Positions 39,100 through 48,268 of a stretch of 64,000 nucleotides of DNA are shown here, one piece after another (position 1 is the stretch's first letter; each line of letters opens with the position of its first letter). The position numbers and the translations under genes are program-made. This DNA comes from an uncultured Victivallales bacterium (lineage in GTDB: Bacteria > Verrucomicrobiota > Kiritimatiellia > UBA8416 > CAZWPN01): assembly GCA_964635275.1 (NCBI GenBank), contig CAZWPN010000004.1, positions 502 to 64,501 on the forward strand, read 5' to 3'. The notes beneath the pieces were generated by a model. That model saw only the letters and a list, made by a program, of their open reading frames with translations. It did not search any database and had not been told where the DNA came from.

Positions 39100-39328
39100 C
39101 AGCCTTCGTGTTCCGGGCATGTCTGGGGAGAATGCCGAACCGTAAACCGAGCGCGAGCCCCACCCCGTCATCAGGACGCCACGATCCTGAACGCGGGATC
39201 TATTGGTTGTGGCGAGTCCGCAAAGCCATGTAGCGTGGTGCTGTGGGCGAACATTCGAAAAGTGACGCATAAACCGTTGCATCGCCACGGTTATTCCACT
39301 AGAATGGCCTTTCAACGCGAGGGGGCGT

Positions 39329-40717
39329 ATGCTCAAGTTCAACAGCGGTTCAAACACCTACGACGGCGACTCGTTTTCGATGCAGTTCGAGGACAGTGAT
39401 CAGCCGGATCTGTTTCGCGACTATTTTCCATACTCCGAGGTACCGCGCATAGGGTTCAACCACAGGTTGAGTCCCATGCATATGCCTGCCAACATATGGA
39501 TCACGGATACTTCGTTCCGCGACGGCCAGCAGTCCATGCCACCCTACACCGTGAAGCAGGTTGTGGATCTTTTCACGCTGCTCCACCGCCTCGGCGGGCC
39601 GAAAGGACTGATCCGGCAGGCTGAGTTCTTTCTTTACACGAAGAAAGACCAGCAGGCCATTGCCGAAGTCAAGGCCCTCGGAGCAGCCTACCCCGAAGTA
39701 ACCGGTTGGATTCGTGCGCTTCAGAAAGATGTGGCGCTGGTGAAGAGTTTTGAACTGAAGGAAACGGGCATCCTTACCTCAGTGTCGGACTACCATATTT
39801 TCCTGAAGTTACGCAAGACCCGCCGCCAGGTCATGGACGACTACCTGCGTACCGTCAGAGAGTGCCTGGAACTCGGAATAACGCCGCGCTGTCATCTCGA
39901 AGACATCACGCGGGCGGATTTCTACGGATTCGTGGTCCCGTTCGTTTACGAATTGATGAAACTCGCTGACGAAAGCAAGTCGGTCATCAAGATTCGAGCC
40001 TGTGATACGCTCGGTCTAGGCGTTCCTTACCCCGGCGTTTCCCTTCCGAGATCGGTCCCGGGCCTGATCTATGGATTGCAGTATTATTCCGGCGTACCAA
40101 GCGAGTGGCTGGAGTGGCACGGCCACAACGACCTCCACTTGGTAACAGCCAACGCCGTCACCTCATGGCTCTACGGGTGCAGCGCCGTCAACGGCACCAT
40201 GCTCGGCATCGGCGAGCGCACCGGTAACCCGCCGCTGGAGGGTATGATCATGCAATACCTCCAGTTGCGCGGAAACGATTGCTCGGTGGACACAACGGTA
40301 ATTTCAGAGATCGCAGAGTACTTTGAAAAGAACCTGGGGTTTGCCATCCCGGCTAACTACCCGCTGGTAGGCAAAGACTTCAACATGACTCGGGCAGGCA
40401 TTCACGCAGACGGCCTGCTGAAGAACGAGGAAATCTACAACATTTTCAACACAGCCAAGTTGCTGAACCGGCCTGTGTCGGTAGCCATCACCGACAAGAG
40501 CGGATTGTCCGGGATTGTGCTTTGGGTCCACAACAAGATCGGACGTGGCGCTGCGTCCATCCTTACCAAGGATCACCCCGGAATTGCCCGGATTCACAAG
40601 TGGATCACCGAACAATACGAGGAAGAACGGACCACCAGCATATCGGACGCCGAGATGCTGGCCCAGGTGCGCATCCATCTGGCCGACTGGATCCGGGAGA
40701 GCGGTTTTGAAGTATAG
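39329..40717 (+). CDS. DRE-TIM metallolyase, 2-isopropylmalate/homocitrate/citramalate/Re-citrate synthase family paralog (no LeuA regulatory domain)
   Basis: Motifs ITDTSFRDGQQ and HGHNDLHLVTANAV. 462 aa without the C-terminal LeuA dimer domain. A canonical leuA is present separately at 56966. Confidence 0.7.
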   Translation: MLKFNSGSNTYDGDSFSMQFEDSDQPDLFRDYFPYSEVPRIGFNHRLSPMHMPANIWITDTSFRDGQQSMPPYTVKQVVDLFTLLHRLGGPKGLIRQAEFFLYTKKDQQAIAEVKALGAAYPEVTGWIRALQKDVALVKSFELKETGILTSVSDYHIFLKLRKTRRQVMDDYLRTVRECLELGITPRCHLEDITRADFYGFVVPFVYELMKLADESKSVIKIRACDTLGLGVPYPGVSLPRSVPGLIYGLQYYSGVPSEWLEWHGHNDLHLVTANAVTSWLYGCSAVNGTMLGIGERTGNPPLEGMIMQYLQLRGNDCSVDTTVISEIAEYFEKNLGFAIPANYPLVGKDFNMTRAGIHADGLLKNEEIYNIFNTAKLLNRPVSVAITDKSGLSGIVLWVHNKIGRGAASILTKDHPGIARIHKWITEQYEEERTTSISDAEMLAQVRIHLADWIRESGFEV

Positions 40718-41267
40718 CGTCCTGGCATTCGGAGCCCCCGCGCTCCGCCGGAAGTCAATACCTGTACGGGAAGTCACGGATGCGGTACGGCGCCTCGCCC
40801 GCGAGATGCTGCGCACGATGTATGCCAGCAACGGAGTGGGACTCGCTGCCGAACAGATCGGTCGCACTGAGGCGCTCTGCGTGATTGACATCCCACCGGA
40901 TCAGGACAAGGATTCGGACACCGAGCAGCGCGAGAACCCCGACGTCAGCATGCCACTCATAATGATCAACCCACGGATATCAAAAATGTCCGGGGAGCAG
41001 GTCGGGCGCGAGGGATGCCTGAGTTTTCCTGACATATCCGTTTCCATCAGGCGTGCACGGGAAGTTACCGTATCTTTCACCAACCTTGAAGGCCGGAGCC
41101 AGACGGTGAAGGCAATGGGCCTTCTAGCCCGGGCTGTCCAACACGAACTCGACCACCTCGATGGGGTACTTCTAGTCGACCGCATGTCCCCGGTGCAGAA
41201 ACTTGCCGTAGCCGGGAAGCTTCGCCGCATCAAGAAAGAGTCTGAGACAGCGCCTATTCCGAAATGA
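40707..41267 (+). CDS. def: Peptide deformylase (TTG start)
   Basis: Aligns colinearly with E. coli PDF from residue 1 (…RKSIPVREV…MYASNGVGLAAEQ, EGCLS, HELDHLDG). This requires the TTG at 40707, which overlaps the upstream stop. Confidence 0.8.
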   Translation: MKYSVLAFGAPALRRKSIPVREVTDAVRRLAREMLRTMYASNGVGLAAEQIGRTEALCVIDIPPDQDKDSDTEQRENPDVSMPLIMINPRISKMSGEQVGREGCLSFPDISVSIRRAREVTVSFTNLEGRSQTVKAMGLLARAVQHELDHLDGVLLVDRMSPVQKLAVAGKLRRIKKESETAPIPK

Positions 41268-41277
41268 CATCCCTTTA

Positions 41278-42186
41278 TCAGGTCGGCGGGGCCTGATTCT
41301 CCGGCACGGCGGAAGGTGTGGCAAAGGCAATCGCGGGAGCGTCAGACGGCGCGGCACTTTCATCAGTCGCTCTCGACGCCACAGCATTGGCGCTACGCGC
41401 GCGCTCTCGCTTCATGAATTCCTTTGCCAACCGCCGGTAGGCAAGCGAGCCGACCGAAGACGAATCGTAGACGATCACCGGCTTCCCGAAACTGGGGGCC
41501 TCGCTCAACCGCACGGTTCTCGGCACTACGGCGGCATACACGGCATCCGGAAGATGCTGCCGGACTTCCGCAACCACCTGCGCCGAAAGATTGGTCCTGC
41601 CGTCGTACATGGTCATGACCACGCCTTCAAGGGCCAGCCCCGGATTGGTTCCGTTCTCACGCAACTGACTGATCAGCCGCATGATCACGCTCAGCCCTTC
41701 CATCGCGTAGTACTCGCACTGCATTGGGATCAGGATCGAGTCGGCAGCGGCCAAGGCATTGATCGTCAGTATGCCCAATGACGGCGGACAGTCTACAAGG
41801 ACGTAATCGAATACGCGCGACTCGACGATCGGGCGAATCGCCCGGCGGAAGCAGTGCAGATAGTTGTCCATCCGCGCCACGTCAATCTCAGCGCCGGCGA
41901 GGTCGATTTCGGAGGGAATGATGTTGAGGTTTTCGACCTCGGTGCCCTGAATCAGATTGCCCACGAAGTCCTGGTCAAGCAGCGCCCGGTAGATGCTTCG
42001 CCCCGGCTCGCGGGCGATGCCCAAACCACTCGTCGCGTTGGCCTGCGGATCCAGATCCACGACCAGCACAGCCTTGCGCAACTCCGCCAGACAAGAGGCG
42101 AGATTGACCACCGTGGTGGTCTTGCCCACGCCGCCTTTCTGGTTGGCGACCGCGATCACCCGCGTTGCGTTAGCCGATCTGCTCAC
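41278..42186 (-). CDS. ParA/Soj-family ATPase (orphan, no parB nearby) with low-complexity C-terminal tail
   Basis: Deviant Walker A: IAVANQKGGVGKTTT. Confidence 0.8.
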   Translation of the reverse strand: MSRSANATRVIAVANQKGGVGKTTTVVNLASCLAELRKAVLVVDLDPQANATSGLGIAREPGRSIYRALLDQDFVGNLIQGTEVENLNIIPSEIDLAGAEIDVARMDNYLHCFRRAIRPIVESRVFDYVLVDCPPSLGILTINALAAADSILIPMQCEYYAMEGLSVIMRLISQLRENGTNPGLALEGVVMTMYDGRTNLSAQVVAEVRQHLPDAVYAAVVPRTVRLSEAPSFGKPVIVYDSSSVGSLAYRRLAKEFMKRERARSANAVASRATDESAAPSDAPAIAFATPSAVPENQAPPT

Positions 42187-42192
42187 TGTGCC

Positions 42193-42747
42193 TCAGCGTT
42201 TCGCGCCGATCATCCCGGCCGCCCTTGCGTATTCAAAGATGCCGCCAGCCTCCACCACAGGCGCGACGGCGCCCAGCGGTTTCAGCTCATATCGCCGGCC
42301 GCTGGGAATATGCACCAAAACAGCCGCACCCACATCCACTTCCACCTCGTCGCCGGTCTTCACCCATTCGCAGACCCGCTCGGACGACTCCAAGGGATAC
42401 AGTTCACCCGTGGCTACCGCGTTCCGGAAAAAGATGCGCGCGTACGATTCAGCAACGACGGCGTGCACACCCGCCGCCCCAAGACAGATAGGAGCATGCT
42501 CACGCGACGAGCCGCAGCCAAAGTTCAGCCCTGCCACGATCACGCGGTAGGGCGACAGGGATGCCCCTTCCGGAACAAACGGAAGACAAGAATCCGGAAG
42601 GCCGGCCATGGCATAGGATCCAAGCTTTCGATACTCGTCTGGCAGGGTTGGCACAAGATTTAGATACTGGGCAGGAATAATCTGGTCCGTATCAATGTTG
42701 TCGCCGAGCACGTAGGCTGGGCCCCGTATTGTCTGTGTTCTTTTCAT
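42193..42747 (-). CDS. leuD: 3-isopropylmalate/(homo)aconitate dehydratase small subunit (short archaeal-type LeuD)
   Basis: Aconitase swivel-domain homolog of 184 aa, directly downstream of the large subunit. Confidence 0.8.
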   Translation of the reverse strand: MKRTQTIRGPAYVLGDNIDTDQIIPAQYLNLVPTLPDEYRKLGSYAMAGLPDSCLPFVPEGASLSPYRVIVAGLNFGCGSSREHAPICLGAAGVHAVVAESYARIFFRNAVATGELYPLESSERVCEWVKTGDEVEVDVGAAVLVHIPSGRRYELKPLGAVAPVVEAGGIFEYARAAGMIGAKR

Positions 42748-42758
42748 GGTATCCCCAC

Positions 42759-44057
42759 TCAGAGAAACTCCCGAGGATCGGTTATGTGGCCGGTCAGCGC
42801 TGAAGCCGCCGCCGTGAGCGGCGATGCCAGATACACTGACGATCGCTTCGAGCCCATCCGCCCGATGAAGTTACGGTTGGTCGTACTCACCACTACTTCG
42901 TCGCCATGCGTCCTGCCAAAGGTGTCTTCCGGCCCGCCCAGACAGGCGGCGCAGGAGGGCGGCGCTATGTCCTTGCATCCGGCGGCCGCAAAGATCTCAA
43001 CCAGCGACTGACCATCGATGGCGTTCTTCATCAGCCCGTCGGCCACCTCGGAAGTCGCCGGCACCAGAAATGTATCCACACGGACCTGCCGCCCCTTGAG
43101 CAGTCGCGCAGCCATCATGAAATCCGTCAATTTGCCGCCCGTACAGGACCCGATGTAGACCCGGTCCACCCGCACATTCTTTCGTTCGCGGGCCAACGCG
43201 AAATTTGACGGCAGGTGTGGCTCTGCCACACAGGGCTCAAGACGCGACACGTCGTACCGCCACTCGCGCTCCACGACGGCATCCCGATCTCCGAACATGG
43301 GCTCAAACGGCTTGCGGGTGCGCGACCGCACATAGGCAACCGCCTTGTCGTCCGGCTCGATTATCCCGCTCTTTCCGCCCGCCTCTATGGCCATGTTGCA
43401 CAGGGTCATCCTCTCTTCCACGTGGAGAGATTGTACCGCCTCGCCGCAGAACTCCATGGCACGGTAATTGGCGCCGTCCACCCCGATATCTCCTATGATC
43501 TTGAGGATCAGATCCTTGGCCATAAGATACGGGGGCATGACCCCATGAAGCCGAAATCGCAGCGTCGCAGGAACCTTGATCAGCAATTTGCCGGTGCCCA
43601 TGATAAACCCGGCGTCCGTATTGCCGATGCCGGTGGCAAAAGCGCCCAGCGCCCCGTGGGAGCAAGTGTGTGAGTCCGTTCCAAATATGACTTCACCGGG
43701 ACGAACGTGACCCTCCTCAGGAAGCGCGAGGTGGCATACCCCTTTGTACCGGGACGTCCCAGGGTCATAGAAGTAAGGCAATCCCTGGTCCCGAGCGAAT
43801 TCCCTAAGACTATCCACGTTGCGGTGCGCCTTGGTGTCCTCTGTAAAGATATAGTGATCGGGAATGATCACCACCTTCTCGCGGTCCCAGACCCGTGCAT
43901 CGGAACCGAACTCACGCTGGAAAACACCGATGGTGCCGGGCCCGCAAATATCATGCGTAAGGAGGATGTCAGCATTGACCCAGACGTTCTCGCCAGGCGC
44001 CACCCGCGGCACTCCCGCGGCGCGCGCCAGAATCTTCTGTGTAATGGTTGCGCTCAT
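42759..44057 (-). CDS. leuC: 3-isopropylmalate/(homo)aconitate dehydratase large subunit (short archaeal-type LeuC)
   Basis: Aconitase-family 4Fe-4S ligand region (GSCTGG...CLGG) in a 432-aa protein. Confidence 0.8.
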   Translation of the reverse strand: MSATITQKILARAAGVPRVAPGENVWVNADILLTHDICGPGTIGVFQREFGSDARVWDREKVVIIPDHYIFTEDTKAHRNVDSLREFARDQGLPYFYDPGTSRYKGVCHLALPEEGHVRPGEVIFGTDSHTCSHGALGAFATGIGNTDAGFIMGTGKLLIKVPATLRFRLHGVMPPYLMAKDLILKIIGDIGVDGANYRAMEFCGEAVQSLHVEERMTLCNMAIEAGGKSGIIEPDDKAVAYVRSRTRKPFEPMFGDRDAVVEREWRYDVSRLEPCVAEPHLPSNFALARERKNVRVDRVYIGSCTGGKLTDFMMAARLLKGRQVRVDTFLVPATSEVADGLMKNAIDGQSLVEIFAAAGCKDIAPPSCAACLGGPEDTFGRTHGDEVVVSTTNRNFIGRMGSKRSSVYLASPLTAAASALTGHITDPREFL

Positions 44058-44080
44058 GGCCGTCCACCCCGTACTCGTCT

Positions 44081-44785
44081 CTATGGTTTCTTCGCAGCCT
44101 TCAGCAGTGAGAAAAAACGGTCCTGATACTCTTCAAAGAGCCCGTACGACTGCAGCTTCTGTCCCAGTGCCCCCACCAACGACTCGTCCCGGCTGGCGGC
44201 GAGAAAATCGGATTCGATCTGCTGCCGAACCGCACGTTGCACGCCACCCGCATCTTCGAATAAGCGTCGCCGCTCCATCTGTTTGACATTGGTTCCGACC
44301 GACCGCTGAATCACTTCCCAGAACAGCTTGACCAGGCAGACGTCCCAGGGATCGTCTACCCCGACCAGCACCGCGCTGAGAGGGTCGCCCTTCTCCTTGA
44401 CCTCCTTCTGCACCCGATCCGCCACCGATTTGAGGTCGGCTGTAACCACGTGCTCGTTGAAGGACGACTGCTTGAGCACATAACCATACTGGAGAATCCG
44501 AACATCCTTCTCGTGCTCGCGCAGCCAATCGAAGTATTGCGTCGCCTGCTCTCCAAACCCTTCCAGGACCGTTTGCGCGTAGGTTTGCGGGGCGATAATC
44601 TGAGGGGGGTTGGCCTGCATGCGCCCTTCCCTGACGCGTATCTGGTTCACCGCATCCATGGTCTCGGCCACTATGTGATAGTTCAGCACAGTCGAACCGA
44701 ATGTCTCAAGGTGACGGGAAGGCAGGAGCAGAATCTCCGTATTGTTCACCGCATACCAGAAATCAAATGCACTTCGTTCTTTCAT
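44081..44785 (-). CDS. Hypothetical protein, co-oriented immediately upstream of leuC
   Basis: Clean 234-aa ORF with no recognisable motif. Its stop lies 24 nt before the leuC start. Confidence 0.45.
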   Translation of the reverse strand: MKERSAFDFWYAVNNTEILLLPSRHLETFGSTVLNYHIVAETMDAVNQIRVREGRMQANPPQIIAPQTYAQTVLEGFGEQATQYFDWLREHEKDVRILQYGYVLKQSSFNEHVVTADLKSVADRVQKEVKEKGDPLSAVLVGVDDPWDVCLVKLFWEVIQRSVGTNVKQMERRRLFEDAGGVQRAVRQQIESDFLAASRDESLVGALGQKLQSYGLFEEYQDRFFSLLKAAKKP

Positions 44786-44944
44786 GCTTCGATATTATCT
44801 CCGAATCAGCGGGAGAGACAACACTATTGAGCCGCTCGCCGCAAGCCATTTTTCGATCGTCAGACATCCCCAAAGGCGTCCCTGCCCGAGAGTTCCCTCT
44901 CCACTTCAAGAACGTCGTCAAATGCTAATCCTGTCGAGCGCCCG

Positions 44945-45574
44945 TTACAACTGTACGGCCATACCCGCCACATCCCTAAGCCGAACGATATTCCTCAGAC
45001 AGATCCTCGACCATGTTTCCATCCCGGCATCCCGCTTCTCCAACTCAGCCGCAGTGGCGAAACCCGACGACAAAACCGTGTCTTCCAGCGGTGCTACGTC
45101 ATCGCTCCCCACCTGAACCACATGAACAACGCCCAGATGCACCTGCCCTACCGGGTTGGAGTCGTCATTCAGCAGCGCGACCACCCTCTCCTCACAATGG
45201 TCCGGCAGACGCACCTCTTCCTCAAGCTCACGGCGGGCGCCGGCCATATACGCATTTACGCCAGGCCGCCGGTCGAGATCGTTGATGTGACCGCCGACGC
45301 CGATAGACACCCGCGCCACCAGTCTCTCTTCCCCCGAACGATTGCTGCGCACGTAGTACCACACACGGTCGCCATGCATAATGATGTGGTAGGGAATCAG
45401 TTGCTTGTACCGCAGATCGGTCTCCACCGCTCCCCGCGGCAGAAACCGGTGAAAAACGGGATCCATCAGAACCCGCAGGTAAGGCTCCACGTCAAACACC
45501 ATTCCTTGGAATAGGCCCACCGCCTCGATCGCGCTTCGCTCGACCACGAGAACCTTCTCAGCGTCATCTTTCAT
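44945..45574 (-). CDS. Putative NUDIX-fold hydrolase
   Basis: Partial Nudix-box-like motif (GVGGHIND...AGARRELEEEV); the assignment is weak. Confidence 0.35.
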   Translation of the reverse strand: MKDDAEKVLVVERSAIEAVGLFQGMVFDVEPYLRVLMDPVFHRFLPRGAVETDLRYKQLIPYHIIMHGDRVWYYVRSNRSGEERLVARVSIGVGGHINDLDRRPGVNAYMAGARRELEEEVRLPDHCEERVVALLNDDSNPVGQVHLGVVHVVQVGSDDVAPLEDTVLSSGFATAAELEKRDAGMETWSRICLRNIVRLRDVAGMAVQL

Positions 45575-45724
45575 ACTTCAAGTATCCCAGGCTCCAACGC
45601 AAACGCCAGCCGATTGCGGAAGACCTTTCGCGCCACAGCGGAGTTCCTCTCGCCTGGCGGCGATAATGTCCGAGGCGCGGTGCGATGCTTCTCATATCAG
45701 TTCTTCTCGGCCATCAGAAATGAA

Positions 45725-46414
45725 TCAATCCCTTTCGCTGCCGATGAGACGATACACGGCCGCGCCGATCAGAGCGCCAACAACCGGAGCGACCCAGAAG
45801 AGCCACAACTGGCCAATCGCCCAATCGCCGACAAACAAGGCAACGCCTGTGCTGCGAGCCGGGTTGACAGATGTGTTGGTTACCGGGATGCTGATCAGGT
45901 GAATCAGGGTCAGGCCCAGACCTATGGCGAGTGGTGCGAAGCCCTGCGGAGCTCGCTTGTCGGTGGCGCCGAGAATTATGAGCAAGAACATCATTGTCAT
46001 GACAACTTCGCACACCAAGGCAGCCAGCAAGGAATACCCGCCGGGTGAGTGCGCGCCGTAGCCGTTGGAGGCGAAACCCGCCGACACTTCAAAGCCGGTC
46101 GTACCGCTGGCAATAAGATAGAGGACGCCGCCGGCTGCCACTGCGCCCAATACCTGTGCGACAATATAAGGCACGAGATCCTTCGCCGGGAAGCGACCTC
46201 CAGCCCATAGTCCGACCGAAACCGCCGGATTGAGGTGACATCCAGATATGTGTCCTATCGCGTAGGCCATTGTCAGCACGGTCAGGCCGAAGGCCAACGC
46301 AACACCGAGCAACCCGATGCCAACGTTTGGAAAAGCGGCGGCCAAAACCGCACTGCCGCATCCGCCGAGAACCAGCCAAAACGTCCCAATGAACTCTGCA
46401 CCGTACTTCTTCAC
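45725..46414 (-). CDS. aqpZ: Aquaporin Z (MIP family water channel)
   Basis: Two NPA boxes ([10 protein letters not shown] and NPARS) and six TM helices. Confidence 0.9.
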   Translation of the reverse strand: MKKYGAEFIGTFWLVLGGCGSAVLAAAFPNVGIGLLGVALAFGLTVLTMAYAIGHISGCHLNPAVSVGLWAGGRFPAKDLVPYIVAQVLGAVAAGGVLYLIASGTTGFEVSAGFASNGYGAHSPGGYSLLAALVCEVVMTMMFLLIILGATDKRAPQGFAPLAIGLGLTLIHLISIPVTNTSVNPARSTGVALFVGDWAIGQLWLFWVAPVVGALIGAAVYRLIGSERD

Positions 46415-46647
46415 GTTATCCTCCTTGTATCAATTGCTGACAACCAGACTTCATCTTCACACCACAATTTCATCGAACCGCCTCGCCCCGTTGCAACCTA
46501 AATCTCCAACTGACCACAGTTGGCCGGATTCGACCGACCTCAGTACTGCGATATGCTTACAACAAATGACATGCGCGAAGTGTGGAGAGACGCGATTTTG
46601 TTGTTGAGAACACATTGTTCTCAGGCTTCTTGTGATGCCATATGAAT

Positions 46648-46722
46648 GGTGGGCCCAGCTGGGGTCGAACCAGCGACCAGAAGATTATGAGTCTCCTGCT
46701 CTGACCAACTGAGCTATGGGCC
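46648..46722 (-). tRNA. tRNA with anticodon CAT, most similar to tRNA-Ile2 (lysidine) / elongator Met; CCA encoded
   Basis: Cloverleaf: acceptor GGGCCCA/TGGGCCC, anticodon loop CTCATAA. The body is very close to E. coli ileX (GGCCCxxAGCTCAGTGGTtAGAGCAGGxGACTCATAATC...GGTCGCTGGTTCaAgTCCAGC), and it is not initiator-type. Confidence 0.8.
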
Positions 46723-46780
46723 CGTTACTCAGGCGGGGATTATCAAGCCACCGCCCAACGCTTTCAAGACTAAAGACGCA

Positions 46781-48166
46781 ATGCCCTTGCAAACCGCCGC
46801 CCACTCTGGCAGGCTCACTCCGTTAACAAACACCCAGGAGTACCAACCAAAGACCATGCGCGCGGGATGCCCAGCCAACGAATGGAAGCCTCAAGTCCTG
46901 ATTCCGGAACCGACAACCGTTCTGGAAAGCCCAAATCCACAGGAGGTCCACTTGGCCAACCCGTCTCTGGCGGCCATGCCAAGCGGACGAATACTTCTCG
47001 CCGTTGACCAGTACGGCCCGGGCGTCAAGCACCTGACCGGAACCAAGGGACGCCACGAGCGGCAGAACCACTGGCTACAGGGGAGAGTCGCTGTTTCATC
47101 CGACAAAGGCCAGACATGGAACTTGAGGTCCGACTTCCCATTCTGCCAGCCGCTACTCTTCCGTGACGGACAAAGCCTCTACATTCTGGGCAACCGGGGT
47201 CCGGCACAGATCATGAAGTCCGCCGACGGTGGCGAAACATGGAGCGGCCCCTCCGAATTGACCGATTCCTCAGCCGGCGGCGACCGGTTCTTCCAACCGT
47301 CGGCAAATATTATCGCAGCGAACGGGCAACTGACCGCAATCCTCCCCATCCTGGCGGACCCCATGCACCGGGGCTCGCCGGCGAGTGTCCTGATCCCGGT
47401 GATCTTCCGTGCGCGTCAGGGATCGGATCTTTCCAGCCGACGGAGTTGGACGGTGACGCCCGTCAACAAGCGCTACCGGGACCTGTTTCCGCCGGAGGCC
47501 GGAGAACATCTCGGCATACCGTTCCATCCGCTTCCGGCATCCGGGCGCGGACAGGATCTTGGCAAAGGCCGCTGGGCCGATCCCCCCGGGTGGGACTGCC
47601 TTCACCTCATTCACATCCCGAAGGCCGACCACTGCTGGCACGACCCGAGCGGACGCACGCTCCTGCTGGTGGGCCGCGCCGAAACGCACCAAAGCCACTT
47701 TGCCGTCATCCTTAAGGCGCTGGACGATGGAGCCGGATCCCTGTCCTTCGAACCAGTTCTCGCACCGTCTGGGCGCCGATGGTCGTTTCTCCACATTCCG
47801 GGAGGACACTTGCCGTTTCGCCTGCTCTACGATGAGGTATCCGGTCTGTTCTGGCTCTTGAGCCACCGGACTTCTGGAAGCATGACCCGGGTGGAATGCC
47901 TGCCCACGGACCATCGTGACCTTCCAGGAATGGAGCGCCATGCACTTCACCTTTCCTGCTCCAACAACCTGGTTGACTGGAGCTTCGCAGGCTTGGTGAC
48001 AGCGGGCGCGAACCCTGTCGATATGCGCTACGAGGCCACCATGGCCATACGCGGCGCCGATCTAGGTGTAGCTTGGTCGGATGGCGCGGGGTTCGGTCGG
48101 CCTGCACGGGGCGCCAACCGTGTTCGCTTCGGACTGATCCCAAACTTCCGCGACCTTGCCGGGTAA
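46781..48166 (+). CDS. BNR-repeat (sialidase/glycoside-hydrolase-like) protein
   Basis: BNR/Asp-box repeats SSDKGQTW and SADGGETW. There is no clear signal peptide at the annotated start. Confidence 0.6.
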   Translation: MPLQTAAHSGRLTPLTNTQEYQPKTMRAGCPANEWKPQVLIPEPTTVLESPNPQEVHLANPSLAAMPSGRILLAVDQYGPGVKHLTGTKGRHERQNHWLQGRVAVSSDKGQTWNLRSDFPFCQPLLFRDGQSLYILGNRGPAQIMKSADGGETWSGPSELTDSSAGGDRFFQPSANIIAANGQLTAILPILADPMHRGSPASVLIPVIFRARQGSDLSSRRSWTVTPVNKRYRDLFPPEAGEHLGIPFHPLPASGRGQDLGKGRWADPPGWDCLHLIHIPKADHCWHDPSGRTLLLVGRAETHQSHFAVILKALDDGAGSLSFEPVLAPSGRRWSFLHIPGGHLPFRLLYDEVSGLFWLLSHRTSGSMTRVECLPTDHRDLPGMERHALHLSCSNNLVDWSFAGLVTAGANPVDMRYEATMAIRGADLGVAWSDGAGFGRPARGANRVRFGLIPNFRDLAG

Positions 48167-48268
48167 AGGCTGGCAGTGCGTCGTACTTAACTAGTCAACA
48201 CGCCTCCAGTTCCAAGAGCCTTTCGCCCCGGTGTCAAATGTCAACCGAGCCGTCAATCCTACAGGCTC

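Noticed and set aside
40515-40706. Upstream extension of the def ORF
   Set aside because: It lies inside the synthase gene. Collinearity with E. coli PDF fixes the start at the TTG at 40707.
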